From Magallana gigas (Eukaryota), in NCBI RefSeq assembly GCF_963853765.1, contig NC_088858.1, positions 12,152,001 to 12,216,000 of the forward strand: 64,000 nt of DNA. Reading direction: 5' to 3'. Positions 50,977-63,786 of this stretch are shown here, in pieces. Position numbers and translations under genes: made by a program. The notes below the pieces were generated by a model that searched no databases, had not been told where the DNA came from, and saw nothing but the letters and a program-made list of their open reading frames with translations. Numbering within the stretch: position 1 is the stretch's first letter; each line of letters begins with the position of its first letter.

Positions 50977-53900
50977 CTATATTCGAGTTATCTGTGTGTC
51001 TGTTTCCACAGTTTCCATGTAGTCCCCTCCTGTGGCCCCTTCTCTTTCTGTATCTGTCTCTGACTGCTTCACCCAGGGACCTTTAATGGAAATTAAACCA
51101 AAATGCTTAAAATGACAAATATGAGATATGATATTAAAGTAGAGGCATTATGGAAAACATTTACATGAACATGCATCACACAGCAAAGTGACTAACAGTG
51201 ACTTACCGGTATCGTATGACTGTTGAATAACCCCCACACATATATGTAGACAACAACATATAATGAATGTCTTACCTATGGTCGGTCCCAGCTGAGATGG
51301 TGCAATGTTACACACAGAGGGGGCGGGGCTCACATAGGGAGTGGGTGACCTTGAAGAAGAAAGGTCACATTGTTCCAACAGCTTCACTAACTCTTTTGCA
51401 GTTGGTCCACCATCTTTTACAGTACCTGTCAATTTAAGGTTAAGGATGATACCAACTCTGATCAATTAAATGGTACATAATGTAACACATATCCTGGTAA
51501 ATACCTGGTAGGAATCTGTTGTAAAAATTGGATGGTATTCAAGTGGATAAACATGCAGCTGGTGATCAATAGACATAAAGGCAGACATAGACTGTATAAA
51601 ACAATCTTTGATTATAACATACTGGTAAATTACATTATGTAGATTCACTCTTACCTTGGTCACTTTTAACCATTTTATCAAGTGCTGTAGTCAAATCCCA
51701 CATCTGGAAAAAAGGCCAGAGATGATATAAGTACAAAATGGGGAAATTCTTAATGTCTTATAAAGCGGACTCAGATCAATTAAGAAAAATTACATTTATA
51801 AACTTGGTATCTTTAGGGATCATATTCTAATTATTAGAAGATGCACTCACCTGAATTGCCCCATTGGAATGACCTGTAAAGAGGTACCTGCGTGGTCTAG
51901 ACCCCATGCGGTTTGAGCCCTCACACTCATGAACACAAAAGGCACTCACATTGAAGGAATCTACTGACTTTATGACACACACTCTAAAATAGATACAGGT
52001 ACATGTAAATGCTTTGTATGAAGTACCTGAACTCCTAAATGTAACATATATGAGAAATTTCAGTTTAAATAGTATTTTATAAATATGAGCTTCTTTTTTT
52101 ATGCGAATAACCCTAACAAGTTTGAATTTCTTATTTTCTCTCTTTACCTCTGACCATTGGATGAAAGTCTGATAAAAAGCTGATTTGTTTCAGGTACAAC
52201 TTTTTGAATGAAAACTTGCTGATCGTCTTGTTCACCATAAGGACCTAATAAACATAATGAAGAGACATATGTATCACAGAACTGTAGCTAGTCACTGTAT
52301 TGATAAGTTTACTTGCAAATAAAAATATCTTTAGTACTGTTCAGATACAATTTAGTTAAATACTTTTTAATATTTATTTGTCATATAATGGAAACTTACA
52401 AATCTTAGCACTGAATGTTTTCAAAATCCATTCATCAAGAGCTTACCAATGTCATTGCTAGCTGAGTAACTGACAATAGGATCAACGTCTTCTAAAGAGA
52501 CGATCTTGAATGAAGCCAGGGGAGTGGATCCAGGCTGGGTGGAGATCATTCCTCGAAAGCGAGTCACACTCCAGGTTCTGACATGATTGTACTCACTACA
52601 TACTAGACAAAAGGAAACCATCACGTTATGATAATCTATCAATTAATGCTCAATATTGTAACTGTCCTCAATCAACCTCTTTGAACATATTGTACATGAG
52701 CATCTTTCATTACATACCGGTACATGTAATGTTATTAAAAGAAAAACTTTTTTTAAAAGTTTTTTAAAACACATTTAAAAGATGTATCCATGAATCATCA
52801 AACAAATACTGATTGTGTTTCAGACATCAAGCATGAATGCTGTAGTACTCCTGCACAAATATCTAAACTAGTATTATTTCATGTACCACTGTATGTAGAA
52901 TTAAAATCCTCACTATAAGTCTTTTAAACATTTCAACAAATTTTCTCAGTATGAGATATATCTCATACCAGTCCAACATATCACTTTCAAACTTTCCACA
53001 TAGAAGTTTTTACCGACTCATGCACTTACCTGAGACTAGGTGTTTTTCTGATAGCATCACCTTGATGACCGGACTTCTGTGAACTGTGAAGGTCTGAAAT
53101 AACTGGGGACCACTGCCCACTGTCTCTGGGTGCTGGACAATGACTCTAACTGTCCCAGAGCTGGTGCCATATGCTATCTCTATCCAATTACCACTGATGC
53201 CTGCATATAAAAGAAAACAAATCAATTTCTAAAGCATAATCAAATTGTCACATTAACACATATTTGAATCCCTATATGATTATTCACCTTGCAAGGAACT
53301 GCATGGGTTATTTTCATAAAGTTATAGATGTTAGTTCGAACATTGAAATAAGGTTTTTATAATAATGACTGCTTTAGGTTTGAGTTACTGCTTGGTTATG
53401 GATATGAAACACATGTACTTCCTGTTTTTTGGGGTGTAAAATAGAGTGAGATAACTAGCTTTGGCTGCAAGATAGTTTGAAATACTGACTGGTTTTGGTT
53501 GTGAGATAGTATGAGATACTGACTAGTTTTGGTTGTGAGATAGTATAAAATACTGACTAGTTTTGGTTGTGAGATAGTATGACATACTGACTGGTTTAGG
53601 TTGTGAGATAGTGAGATACTGACTAGTTTTGGTTGTGAGATGGTGTGGAACACTGACTAGTTTTGGTTGTGAGATGGTGTGAGATACTGACTAGTTTTGG
53701 TTGTTATATAGTGTGAGATACTGACTAGTTTTGGTTGTGAGATAGTGTGAGATACTGACTGGTTTTGGTTGTGAGATTGTATGAGATACTGACTAGTTTT
53801 GGTTGTGAGGTAGTATGATGTACTCAGACTGGTTTTGGTTGTGAGATAGTATGCGATACTGACTTGTTTTGGGTGTTAGATAGTATGAAATACTGACTAG

Positions 53901-56900
53901 TTTTGGGTGTTAGATATACACTGAGAGCAGTGACCATGTCCCCTGATGGGTCCTTATACAGCTCCGTCACCAACAGGTCATTGTCCTTCATACGTAGAGG
54001 GAACTTCTGCATGTCTAAGAAGTAAAACATATTGTTGTATTTAACTGCTATCAGTACTATACAAATGCACAGCTGTGTGTATAAGAAGTACATAAATTTC
54101 TCACCTATATAATAGATGGAGCCATTTTCACAGCCCAGCAGCAAGAAAGAGCCTGCTGTATCATAGCTGGAAACTGGAACTACATCCTGGATCTGTATAG
54201 CAAAAACATGTATAACTTGTGAAGTTTACTTGATACATGAGACTGACTACAAGCAAAGATTGATACTGGTCACAATGAAAATCTACACAGCGGCATGTTT
54301 CTACTGAGCTACATGTATAATGAACAAGTTAAATAAAATAATAATAAAGCTGAGGAATTCATAAGTAAGATATATCACATTGTTAACGACTGTAATAGTG
54401 GCTACACCTGTTATATGTGAGAGCAGACATTACCTGCCAGTGCTGACTCATGGCGTGCCACACCCCCACCTTCCCTGTCTGACTCAGGGCCACCAGCTGA
54501 CTACCAATGAAGAATAAGGAGTCTACCGACACATTCAGACTGAACTTCCCTGTAAACGAGCATCACAAATGCTTTGCAAAAACTGCTGACTTTTGTAGAA
54601 TTGCCATTATCAAATTTGTGGTACTTTTACAAGGGTGCATATTTGAATTTAAATCATCTGCGAGTTCTAATATTTTTTAGTACATGTAATAAGTTTATAT
54701 ATAAAATCCCCTCCAATTACCAATATTGTCTTTAAGTAAAAATATATCAAAGATCAATGATCACGTAGCACTTTGGAAAGTAAAATAAAAAGAAAACCAT
54801 GATAGAGTTATATCACTAATGTAATCATTGACAAACATTTTTATGGAGAGATACACATTTATATTTCTAAACTCTTACCAATCTCCCTGCTTGTTCCATC
54901 GTCTGCCACACTCCAGAGCTGTATCATGTTGCCCATTGCTGCTGCCACCATTTTGTTGGGATTTTCAGGATTTAAAACTTTGGCATTAATAGCTACTCTC
55001 TCTACAACATCCTCCATGTAGGGACTTGTCCATCTTAACTGCCAGCCTGCTGTATCCTTCATTCTGTAATGTCATCATTTTGATTCAAAGTTCTGTATTG
55101 TAAATATTTCTGGCTAATTTGTAATATGCATAATAAATGGCGTAGACTGATTTTAAAAATTACCTGAAGCAGCATACAAAATAACAGTATTTGAAAGTGC
55201 ACTATTTAAGAAAATACCTGAAGCAGCATACAAAATGTGGATAAGCAACACACAGCCAATTGTGATGACCTCTAACCATGGTAACCTTCAAAGGTTCGTC
55301 ATGACCTAGAAAAATACAAGGGGACTTGTCACTTCAAAACTCTCTTTCTTATCCTCCCATGTGAATCTGGAAGAGGACAGTATTTCTTTCTTCACAGTAA
55401 AGGACGATATTCGATAAGGTCCAGTTGTGTTAAAATTGAATTATACACATGTATGTATTAATCTTTTTTTTAAGCAAGTTTCTAAAGCTTTACGCTTAAC
55501 TTTAAATTTTTGGGCATAAAAAACACTTCCTCCCACACATAGTCCTTTGCTGCAACCTTCTGCAGTTCATAATTTAATTAAGTGGTACTGCTTTAGTATA
55601 CAACAGTTTTCTAGACTTACATGTACTGTGGTGGATAAGCATTTTGTCCAGAACAGTTGAGTGACAAAGCAGAACCTCTGAGGCTGGTCGAACCTGTCTG
55701 TGTTCACCTGACTGGACAGTTACACACATCTCTGACACCGGGCGGGAGGACCTTGCACTCTCAGCATCATGTCTATAAATAAATAATTACCATTAGATGT
55801 AAGGCAAAACTTTAGATTATAACACGTCCTAATAGACAATGTACAACCATTTATTTAAAAGTTTAACTATAAAATACATGCACAGCTAAGATCTGATATT
55901 CTAATCACAAGGCAGAACAATGTGTACCTTGATACAGATCCTGGACTTCTGGCACAGGCACCCTGACCCCCTGTCGCTCCTACCAGATCAACAACAGAAG
56001 TGGAATGTCTCTTTTTCTCTGCTGATGGAGGAGGTAGAGGTGGTTCTGGGTAAGAATAGACAAATACTGATTAATAAGTGGGTTTTTTTCATCAAGGAAA
56101 TACTGGTATACTGTGCATCAATGAAATAACGGTATACTGTACATATACAGTATATATGAGGTGGGCATTTAAAAGCGTTAATGTTGTTTCTTTCCTTCCT
56201 TGTCTTTTTAACTTGTTTGCACCTTTATATTCAATTATGTGTATTGATTTCAATACCAGGTATCTTTAATTAGGAAAATATATAAAAATCAGTCAATCAG
56301 AGACGGGATCAATACAATTTCTCCGTTTTTAATTCAAGTACTACAAGGTGTCTTTACTAATGAAAAAAATAAATTATAATCGGGGTCTGTTGTTACAGGA
56401 TCATCCAGCAGTTTTACTACTGTAGTACATGTACTGACCTGGTGGGTTGAGATAACCATGGAATAAAACATCACCACAAGATGCATGCTCTAGGTCTTCA
56501 CATAGAGTCAGTCTACTCACTGTAATAGTATCAAGAATCATGTTGACTTGAAAAACCTTTTGCAGTACTGTACATGCAGTATGACATCAATTTGAACAGA
56601 TTAAAAGTTATAAATTATCAGACAAAATTTACCTAGAGGTGTAATGCCAAAAAATTCTGCCTCATGTCTGAGTGCTGATATGTCAACATTTCTGAAATAA
56701 TAAAGTCAATTTGAATTAACATTAATAACACTAAAAAAAAATTCCTTCTTTAATGAATAGTGAAAACTCAGAAAAAAGTTTTTGCTACATTTAGGTTGTT
56801 TACTCAATTGTGATTTTTAAAAAAATGAGCTTTAATTATAAAATCCTCCAATTTTATTTTGACAGGAATGTGAACTAAAACTACCACCACTTGTGATTTA

Positions 56901-59849
56901 TATATTTGTAAGTAGTGATAATAAAACACTCTGCAAATCTAATTAAAATCTGACCATTATATTCACTCCGACACAGAGCTACCCAAGGATTTAAAGCAAA
57001 ATAGAAAGTCACATCTAGTTGATAGTTCAAGATCAATGATTGGTCAAACTTATCATGTATTGAATATTCATATCATGTATTGAATATTTATATCATGTAT
57101 TGAATATTTATATCATGTATTGAATATCATGTATTGAATATTTATATCATGTATTGAATATTTATATCATGTATTGAATATTTATATCATGTATTGAATA
57201 TTTATATTTGAAAGGTCTTTGAGACACAACCTTCTACTGAGTTCTTTAAAACCTTCTGTAGCTAACTACATGAGATAATCAAATGATCTGATTTTAATCA
57301 AACTGACACCCAAACTGTGTTTCATATTTACAACAAAAAGCATCCCATTTCTTCAAGAATATTAGGGCCCTATCTCATGACCTTAGCACATTCAAATTAA
57401 GACTAATTAAAAGTTTTCCATTAAAAGAAAGACACTGAAACACAGATAATGATTTATAAGATCTTTTACCCAAAGTCCACCTCCTTTGTTCTCATAAAGT
57501 TTAGTATCACAGAAAATATCACTGGATCTCGATCAATGAAAATCTGAAAGGTACAGACAATGTATCATGTGATAACGATTTGTGTAAGTCAGTTGTCCAT
57601 GAAAATTTAAATCAATGGACATAGTACCGGTATACTTAAAATTGATAAAATTACGATAAATAAACTTACAGCCCCAGTTTCATCCATTTGGGATGATATT
57701 CTCCCACTCAGCATACTGAAAAGAAAAGACTATCGGTTTGATATTTTACATATAGATTTTCTACCGTTGAGCAGCTGGACGTTATGTTAAATTTTATGGA
57801 CTGATTCGGAATTCGACTACAGTGCAAATTTACCCATTATCTCTATCATGAATTTTAAAAAGTGCGAAAAAAAAACACATCTTTAACTATGATATAGCAT
57901 ATGCTGCCAAGGTACACCATACATTTAAGAAAACTTTCATCAAAATCATATTGCCATGCAGAAATTAGTCCCTAGTTTTACCCCTTTCATCTGTAACCAG
58001 TAACAAAGCTTTTGTTTTCTGGTGACAAAAAGTAAAATATAATATGATAAAACTGTTTATTTCCTTCAGCTAGATGGTTTTATTTTATCCAGTAACAGTT
58101 ACAGCTATTATATTCTCTTGATGACATAGGGTAAAAGTGGTGGCAGAACTTTTTAGCAGGGTTACTTTATTGGTTACATTGGTTATGACTATATTCTTTT
58201 GGTAACAGAAGGTACCAGTAATAGAAGTGACAAGCCTTTAAGTTTTCCTATTTAGCAGTGGAGTCCTATTTTATTTAGGTACAATCATGGTTACAGCTAT
58301 GACATTAAAAGGTAAAAGTGGTGAAAGTAATTTACATGATTCACAGAGGCTAGTTTTATTTTATTATATTGATTAAATTTGTTACAATGGTTAATCTAAT
58401 CCTAAACCCTAATTTTATCCCTAAATTAACCCTTATCCCCGGGTACGTTTTCTCCAAGAGAAATGTACCCTATGAAAATAATAACTAATGGTTTTCATAG
58501 ATATTCTTAAATGAAACAAAATAAAAATATACAATGAACATTTGTATCATTTGTTGTTGTTGTTTTTAAATGCATAGTAACCATGGTCACGTACTTAAAT
58601 TATTAAGACAATAATTTGTAACATACACATACACGAACATGGCCTGAGCAGTTTAGTTAGTCGACAATTAATACCCCATAAACGAAACCGTTAAAAAATA
58701 AGTTTTTATTGCAATCTCATTTGGAGAACTAAATGATGAGTATGTCAAGAAGTCGATATCGCGTTATTTTTAACATTTTTTTTGAAATTTTTTTTTGTAT
58801 CTATAGAACAAAGTTGCTTAATAAAACCAAGTCAACTGAAGTCTTTTAAATATTTGTTTGATTCATATATATGGAAACTACTACGAAATCTAACATTGAA
58901 CAGTCAATTTGCTTCCGACGCGACTGACATGTATAATGTGTGGAGATTGGAGAGTGAATATTTCTACCTCCTGTGCGGGGAGGCAATACATAATGTTACA
59001 TAATAATAAATTAACTGCTCAGGTATTTAATTGATTATCACTATAATTAAAATCAGGGGTTCTCACATAGAGAAACTCAAATTGGTAAGGCTACCGATAA
59101 ATGGATTATTAGAAGAAGTAGACTGATAACTGTATTTTATGACAGGTAATTATTTCGTACTAAAATAAAAATTGCTACAATTATTATAAAGATCATAAAA
59201 TGAATATATTTCTATACATCTATGCATTGAAATATGCATAAAAGTAGCATTTGAAAATTATTCAATATGTCCAACCCCTTTAAAATTATAAAGTATTAAA
59301 TTCATATATCTATAAAACTCTTACATTTCTGTATATTTATTATGAAAATAGTATTTAAAAGTATTAAAAACTATTAAGTAGTATAATTATGATTTTCATC
59401 ATGTTCATAGGGTACGTTTTCTCTTAGAGAAAACGTACCCGGGTACGTTTTCTCCAGGAGAAAACGTACCCTAGAGATTGGGTACGTTTTCTCCTGGGTA
59501 CGTTTTCTCTTGGGTACGTTTTCTCCTGATACCATTTTTGGCCATATACCGTATGTAGCTGAAGGGGTAATGAAAATCCTCATTAATAATTCTCACCTTG
59601 TAAAAAATGAATCTGGAATCCATATCAGAGTGTGTCTTGATGTTGAAAACCTGCATTGAATAAATACATACACGTATAAAGGATAAAGTGGTGGAAATTA
59701 CCATGATCACTGATCAAGCTCTTTGCTGATATTAAACTGATAAATGGTCTTGCACTGCACAGCAAGAATATTTTAGGCCTATTGAAGATAAATAATCTTG
59801 ATATTCACCTTTTCCCTCCAACATTGAGATGAATGACGTCCCCTGGCAT
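50977..59849 (-). CDS. KCTD3: BTB/POZ + WD40 protein of the KCTD3/SHKBP1 family. Exons: 59849-59809, 59650-59597, 57715-57670, 57543-57470, 56691-56633, 56519-56439, 56066-55928, 55772-55621, 55305-55218, 55063-54879, 54549-54434, 54192-54105, 54014-53898, 53200-53030, 52602-52447, 52244-52148, 51983-51851, 51703-51655, 51425-51276, 51080-50977 (last exon and stop uncertain)
   Basis: [150 protein letters not shown] with consistent phases. This is probably the co-orthologue of KCTD3 and SHKBP1. Confidence 0.92.
53450..53915 (-). repeat. 34-bp minisatellite (~13 copies) overlapping the KCTD3 exon 13 donor
   Basis: Unit GAGATAGTATGAGATACTGACTAGTTTTGGTTGT (+ strand); ACTGACT recurs about every 34 bp from 53484 to 53892. 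Confidence 0.95.
57051..57206. repeat. 20-bp minisatellite (TATCATGTATTGAATATTTA, ~8 copies)
   Basis: Direct reading; head-to-tail units without spacers. Confidence 0.95.
58396..59533. mobile_element. Unclassified MITE-like/foldback element built from GGGTACGTTTTCTC / GAGAAAACGTACCC motifs
   Basis: 58438-58490 is an inverted copy of 59373-59443; the motif is repeated head-to-head and in tandem at 59409-59527; a telomere-like CCTAAACCCTAA tract lies at ~58401. The left terminus appears to be missing. Confidence 0.55.
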
Positions 59850-61990
59850 CGAAAAATGTTAAGTTTATGCCACTTAGCTCACCTTTTATATCTTAATCAC
59901 CCAGAAAAACATTAATTTTACTAAAAATAGCATCTACATCCCATTTTCTAATTATGGAACATGAAAATAGATAGTTCAAACAAAGGGTATTCGTATCATG
60001 CATTTGAAACAAATTTACTTGTTGTAAAAAAAAAAAGCATACGTACTTCTTCATGAATTATTAGCATATTTAATCAATAGTTATACACCTAAGGAATTTA
60101 ATCGCTAAAACGTATATATGAAACAATAAATGCATGTATGAATTAACTATTAATCTGGTTCTCCAAGGCTTTCTGAATCGAAACAGTGAACCAGACAGAG
60201 ATGAAAGGACACTACGTTGACTTGAGTTAGTTGACTTATTAGGTTAGAACAGCTTATGTATCACAATGAATGTCTTGAAACTAACATTTAATTATGTGCT
60301 TTATGTTAGATTTTAATGCAAGTGTTGATGTGTATGCTAAAAAATGACTTATCAATTAAGAGGTTTTTTTATTCGAATTTCCTCTGCAATATCCTAAAAC
60401 TGAACGAACAAGTCTGCTGATAAGATATAGATATAAACGTTTTACGAAAAGCAACTTCTGACATTAAGCTGAATATGTAAACGGTGTGACCGTTGGACCG
60501 AGCGCAGATTTAAAACAGTGCAGTTTGATTTTTGTAGAACAAAATTTATTTGAAAAGCACACTGTAGGATCCGCCTGGTTGCCAACTCATATCATTAGCC
60601 AAAGTTTAACTAAACGTTCCGTGTTCAGTCTATATAATGATGTCATGTTTCAGACATAAAACGTACACGTTTTGTCTTTGGAAATAGCCGAAGAGAGTTA
60701 CGTTATTCCGAACTTTTTTATATTTCATTGTTTATCAATCTAAAAGATCAGTTCCTTGATGTTAATGTTTTATATTTTCCATCTGATAATTTGATAAGAC
60801 ATACATAGAACCAGTTGTGTTTTTTGATTGAAGCACTATTGAAACTTATCTGGTGTCCTCTTTTATTTCTTTTAATTCAAATTACCTTCTCTTGAAACAA
60901 TGGAAATTTTTAATCGAGTTTAGGGGCAATATACATCGATAAGTACCAGTCTATCAATGATCAGAGTAACCTTTTAAAAACAAAATAGCTGCCAAAATGG
61001 CGGCGCCCAGGGCTGGAAGAAATTTTTTTGGCCTTAGTACCCCTGAATCAACCTTCATTTTTCACTGATTTTCTTATATTTACGTGTTACCATTAATCCT
61101 CGCTTCCCGAGGCGAGCTTTGCCCGCCTCTCGCTGCTCTCGGTATTATTATCCTCTCTGCATTGCTTGCATATTCTCCATGAGTTTGTCAGGCACAATAT
61201 TTATTATACTCTGTCCCAAGATATGCTGGATTCACATTTTGCTTAATTGCATGATATATATATATATACACCTCAGGGTATAACTGATGACCATTTAAAG
61301 GTATGAAAAATTTCCAATATTTCTCAGTTAAAACGCCCCTGTTAGTTTATCAGGTTTCAATACAATGCTAAGAAATGTGGTGAAGACATTTTGTTAAAAT
61401 ACTTGTATGAATTTGCCTGCCATTTTGTCAGAAATCGCACTTGGAATATCTCGGATATATCAACTAAACCATGTCTGTAGTTTTTTCTACCGTGGACATA
61501 TACCGTTAGTTAATGAAAGATAAAATCCTTTTTTGGGCCATGAGGGTACTTGGTGCTGGTGCTTAAAGCTGAACACCGCTCATAAATAGGCACTGTCACA
61601 GAGACAGGTATATAAACCCTTCAATTTTGTTACAGCCCGCCAGCCGATTGCATACCTGGAACCTGTGGCTGAGGTGTAAATATTCCTTTTGTGGTCTTTG
61701 GATCTTATGCATTTATGTCTTATTTAAATATGTGCATATTCTGTTTGTACCCTGTAAATAATGCATTGACAATTTTATCTGATACTGTATTTACCTGGCT
61801 GAAAAAACAAAAGTGCGTAAGATTTGATAATTTTATTGCAACCAAGTAACATGACGAGGCAAGGTGCATGTCCACACAAGTGAGACCTCTACAGACAAAT
61901 ACTTAAAACTCCTAAGAGGTCTGTGGCTTATATAGGGGTTGAAGGGATTGTAGGGTGATGAAAGAAAAATATTGGGGACAGTGCCTATTT

Positions 61991-62225
61991 GTGTTCAGCT
62001 TTAACCTGTGGTATTAAGCAGTTGAAGGTTATTGACTCCTCTTAGATGGGGCACTTATCCATCACAGGTTAACCCTCAGTGTAAACCGGTACCTAATATC
62101 AGCTTGATGGACTGAGGCAATGCAGATAAAGTGCCTTGTCAAGGACACAACCCACAACATTTAATGACCACAATAGGGTTCGAACCATTGACCTTAATTA
62201 CTGTCCTATGACCACTGAGCAATGT
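61991..62225 (-). mobile_element. tRNA-derived SINE (CORE/V-domain-like body)
   Basis: On the minus strand: A-box-like GCTCAGTGGT, B-box GGTTCGAACCC, then GTTGTGTCCTTGACAAGGCACTTTATC and GCCTCAGTCCA motifs typical of conserved-domain SINEs. Exact family not determined. Confidence 0.7.
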
Positions 62226-62388
62226 GTTACACTCTCATTATACATATAGATATATGACAAGAAATTGAAGAGAAGTGGTTTTCGAGCATTTACAAAATCA
62301 ACAGATAAGTTTTGAGTAAATATAGCCAAAATACTATTTTTGTATTTGTTTAACAGATACTGTTATCAGTAATAACTGGTATTAGTTT

Positions 62389-63786
62389 TATCATGGAGTG
62401 AAATTTGAGTAACTGTTATCTATTCATAAATATACCTTTCCCTTTGTACAAGACAATAATTCACTTCAGTTATAATTGCTTAATTACTTTATTAACTCTT
62501 ACACCTCACCTTTGATTTAATTGACTCACTCATATTGAGGTTTTACTCTATGACATATGTCACTCGTGCTTAAGTGCTAATTTCTATTGTTTTCAATTCT
62601 TATTTATATTGTGTTATACACCATTGTCGACAGAGAGGGATTAGGTTTCGGATTGTTCGGGTGTAGTTTTTGGATTCCCAGAAATCACCCATACCGACCT
62701 AAAGTTCAAATAAAGTGCTTTTTACCATCTAAAGCATTTTAGTTTTATTGTCGCCGGATATATAGAATCACCTTATTTTCCCCGGTGATAGTTTGGTGGA
62801 GATATCCTAAGGGTATTTTACCCGGGACTGCTACATATACTTTGTAGCAGTTAGATCCTGCGTACCAGCAACCGAGCGAGTTTTCCAAGAGCATCAACAA
62901 ACGCCGATAATACAACCCAAGAGCAGAAGATTCAACCGCCTTTTACGACCATATACCAACGTCGCTGCTTTTCGAGTTTTGGACATCCCAGGACTTGCAC
63001 GGACATACTCTACGCCTGGATTCCATCCAGCATGTAACAAGAGCGGGATGACGTCATCCTGCGAACACTTGTTCTCGTTCTGTGTGTTTCGTGTGTGGAT
63101 TTCTTTGCCATTATGCTAATATGTTCTTTTAAGCGACCGATTTATTGCATTCGAATCCTAGGAATATTTTCCTGGTGTGGGGACCGACGACAAAGGTTCG
63201 TTTTAAATATGGTTCAGCCCAGAATGCCGTGTTGCAGTTGTGGATCTCCGCAATGTAGAACACATTTTGCATATTCCGGCCAAGACCTAAGCAAACGACG
63301 CTGAGATACAGACCGCACATTCCCTACAAATCATTCCGATGATTTTTAGACGAGGACGTCTCATTTTTCGAAGCGCGAGGGAATTATCATGGAGTGAAAT
63401 TTGAGTAACTGTTATCTATTCATAAATATACCTTTCCCTTTGTACAAGACAATAATTCACTTCAGTTATAATTGCTTAATTACTTTATTAACTCTTACAC
63501 CTCACCTTTGATTTAATTGACTCACTCATATTGAGGTTTTACTCTATGACATATGTCACTCGTGCTTAAGTGCTAATTTCTATTGTTTTCAATTCTTATT
63601 TATATTGTGTTATACACCATTGTCGACAGAGAGGGATTAGGTTTCGGATTGTTCGGGTGTAGTTTTTGGATTCCCAGAAATCACCCATACCGACCTAAAG
63701 TTCAAATAAAGTGCTTTTTACCATCTAAAGCATTTTAGTTTTATTGTCGCCGGATATATAGAATCACCTTATTTTCCCCGGTGATA
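62389..63786 (+). mobile_element. Non-autonomous miniature LTR retrotransposon (1398 bp; LTRs 62389-62790 and 63385-63786)
   Basis: Two 402-bp direct repeats in which I found no differences; ends TATCA...TGATA; GTTT on both outer flanks (62385-62388, 63787-63790); PBS-like TGGTGGAGAT at 62794-62803; purine tract GAAGCGCGAGGGAA at 63370-63383; AATAAA in each LTR (62709); 594-bp interior without recognisable gag/pol. Confidence 0.88.

Noticed and set aside
53450-57206. 34-bp and 20-bp repeats as CRISPR arrays
   Set aside because: Head-to-tail units with no unique spacers, inside introns of a eukaryotic gene; no cas genes.
60919-61043. AAAATGGCGGCGCCC (YY1-like) as the KCTD3 promoter, or a Kolobok-type MITE
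   Set aside because: Ends AGGGG...CCCCT are too short and lack a TTAA duplication; no TSS evidence links it to KCTD3. Left unassigned.
63095-63320. Short ORFs 63095-63304 (+) and 63129-63320 (-) inside the LTR element
   Set aside because: Non-ATG starts and no gag, zinc-knuckle, protease or RT motif.
62389-63786. Retrozyme, Penelope or DIRS/Ngaro interpretation of the direct repeats
   Set aside because: No CUGANGA/GAAA core seen on either strand, no split-repeat (A-B-A-B) or inverted terminal layout, and PBS plus PPT sit where an LTR element needs them.
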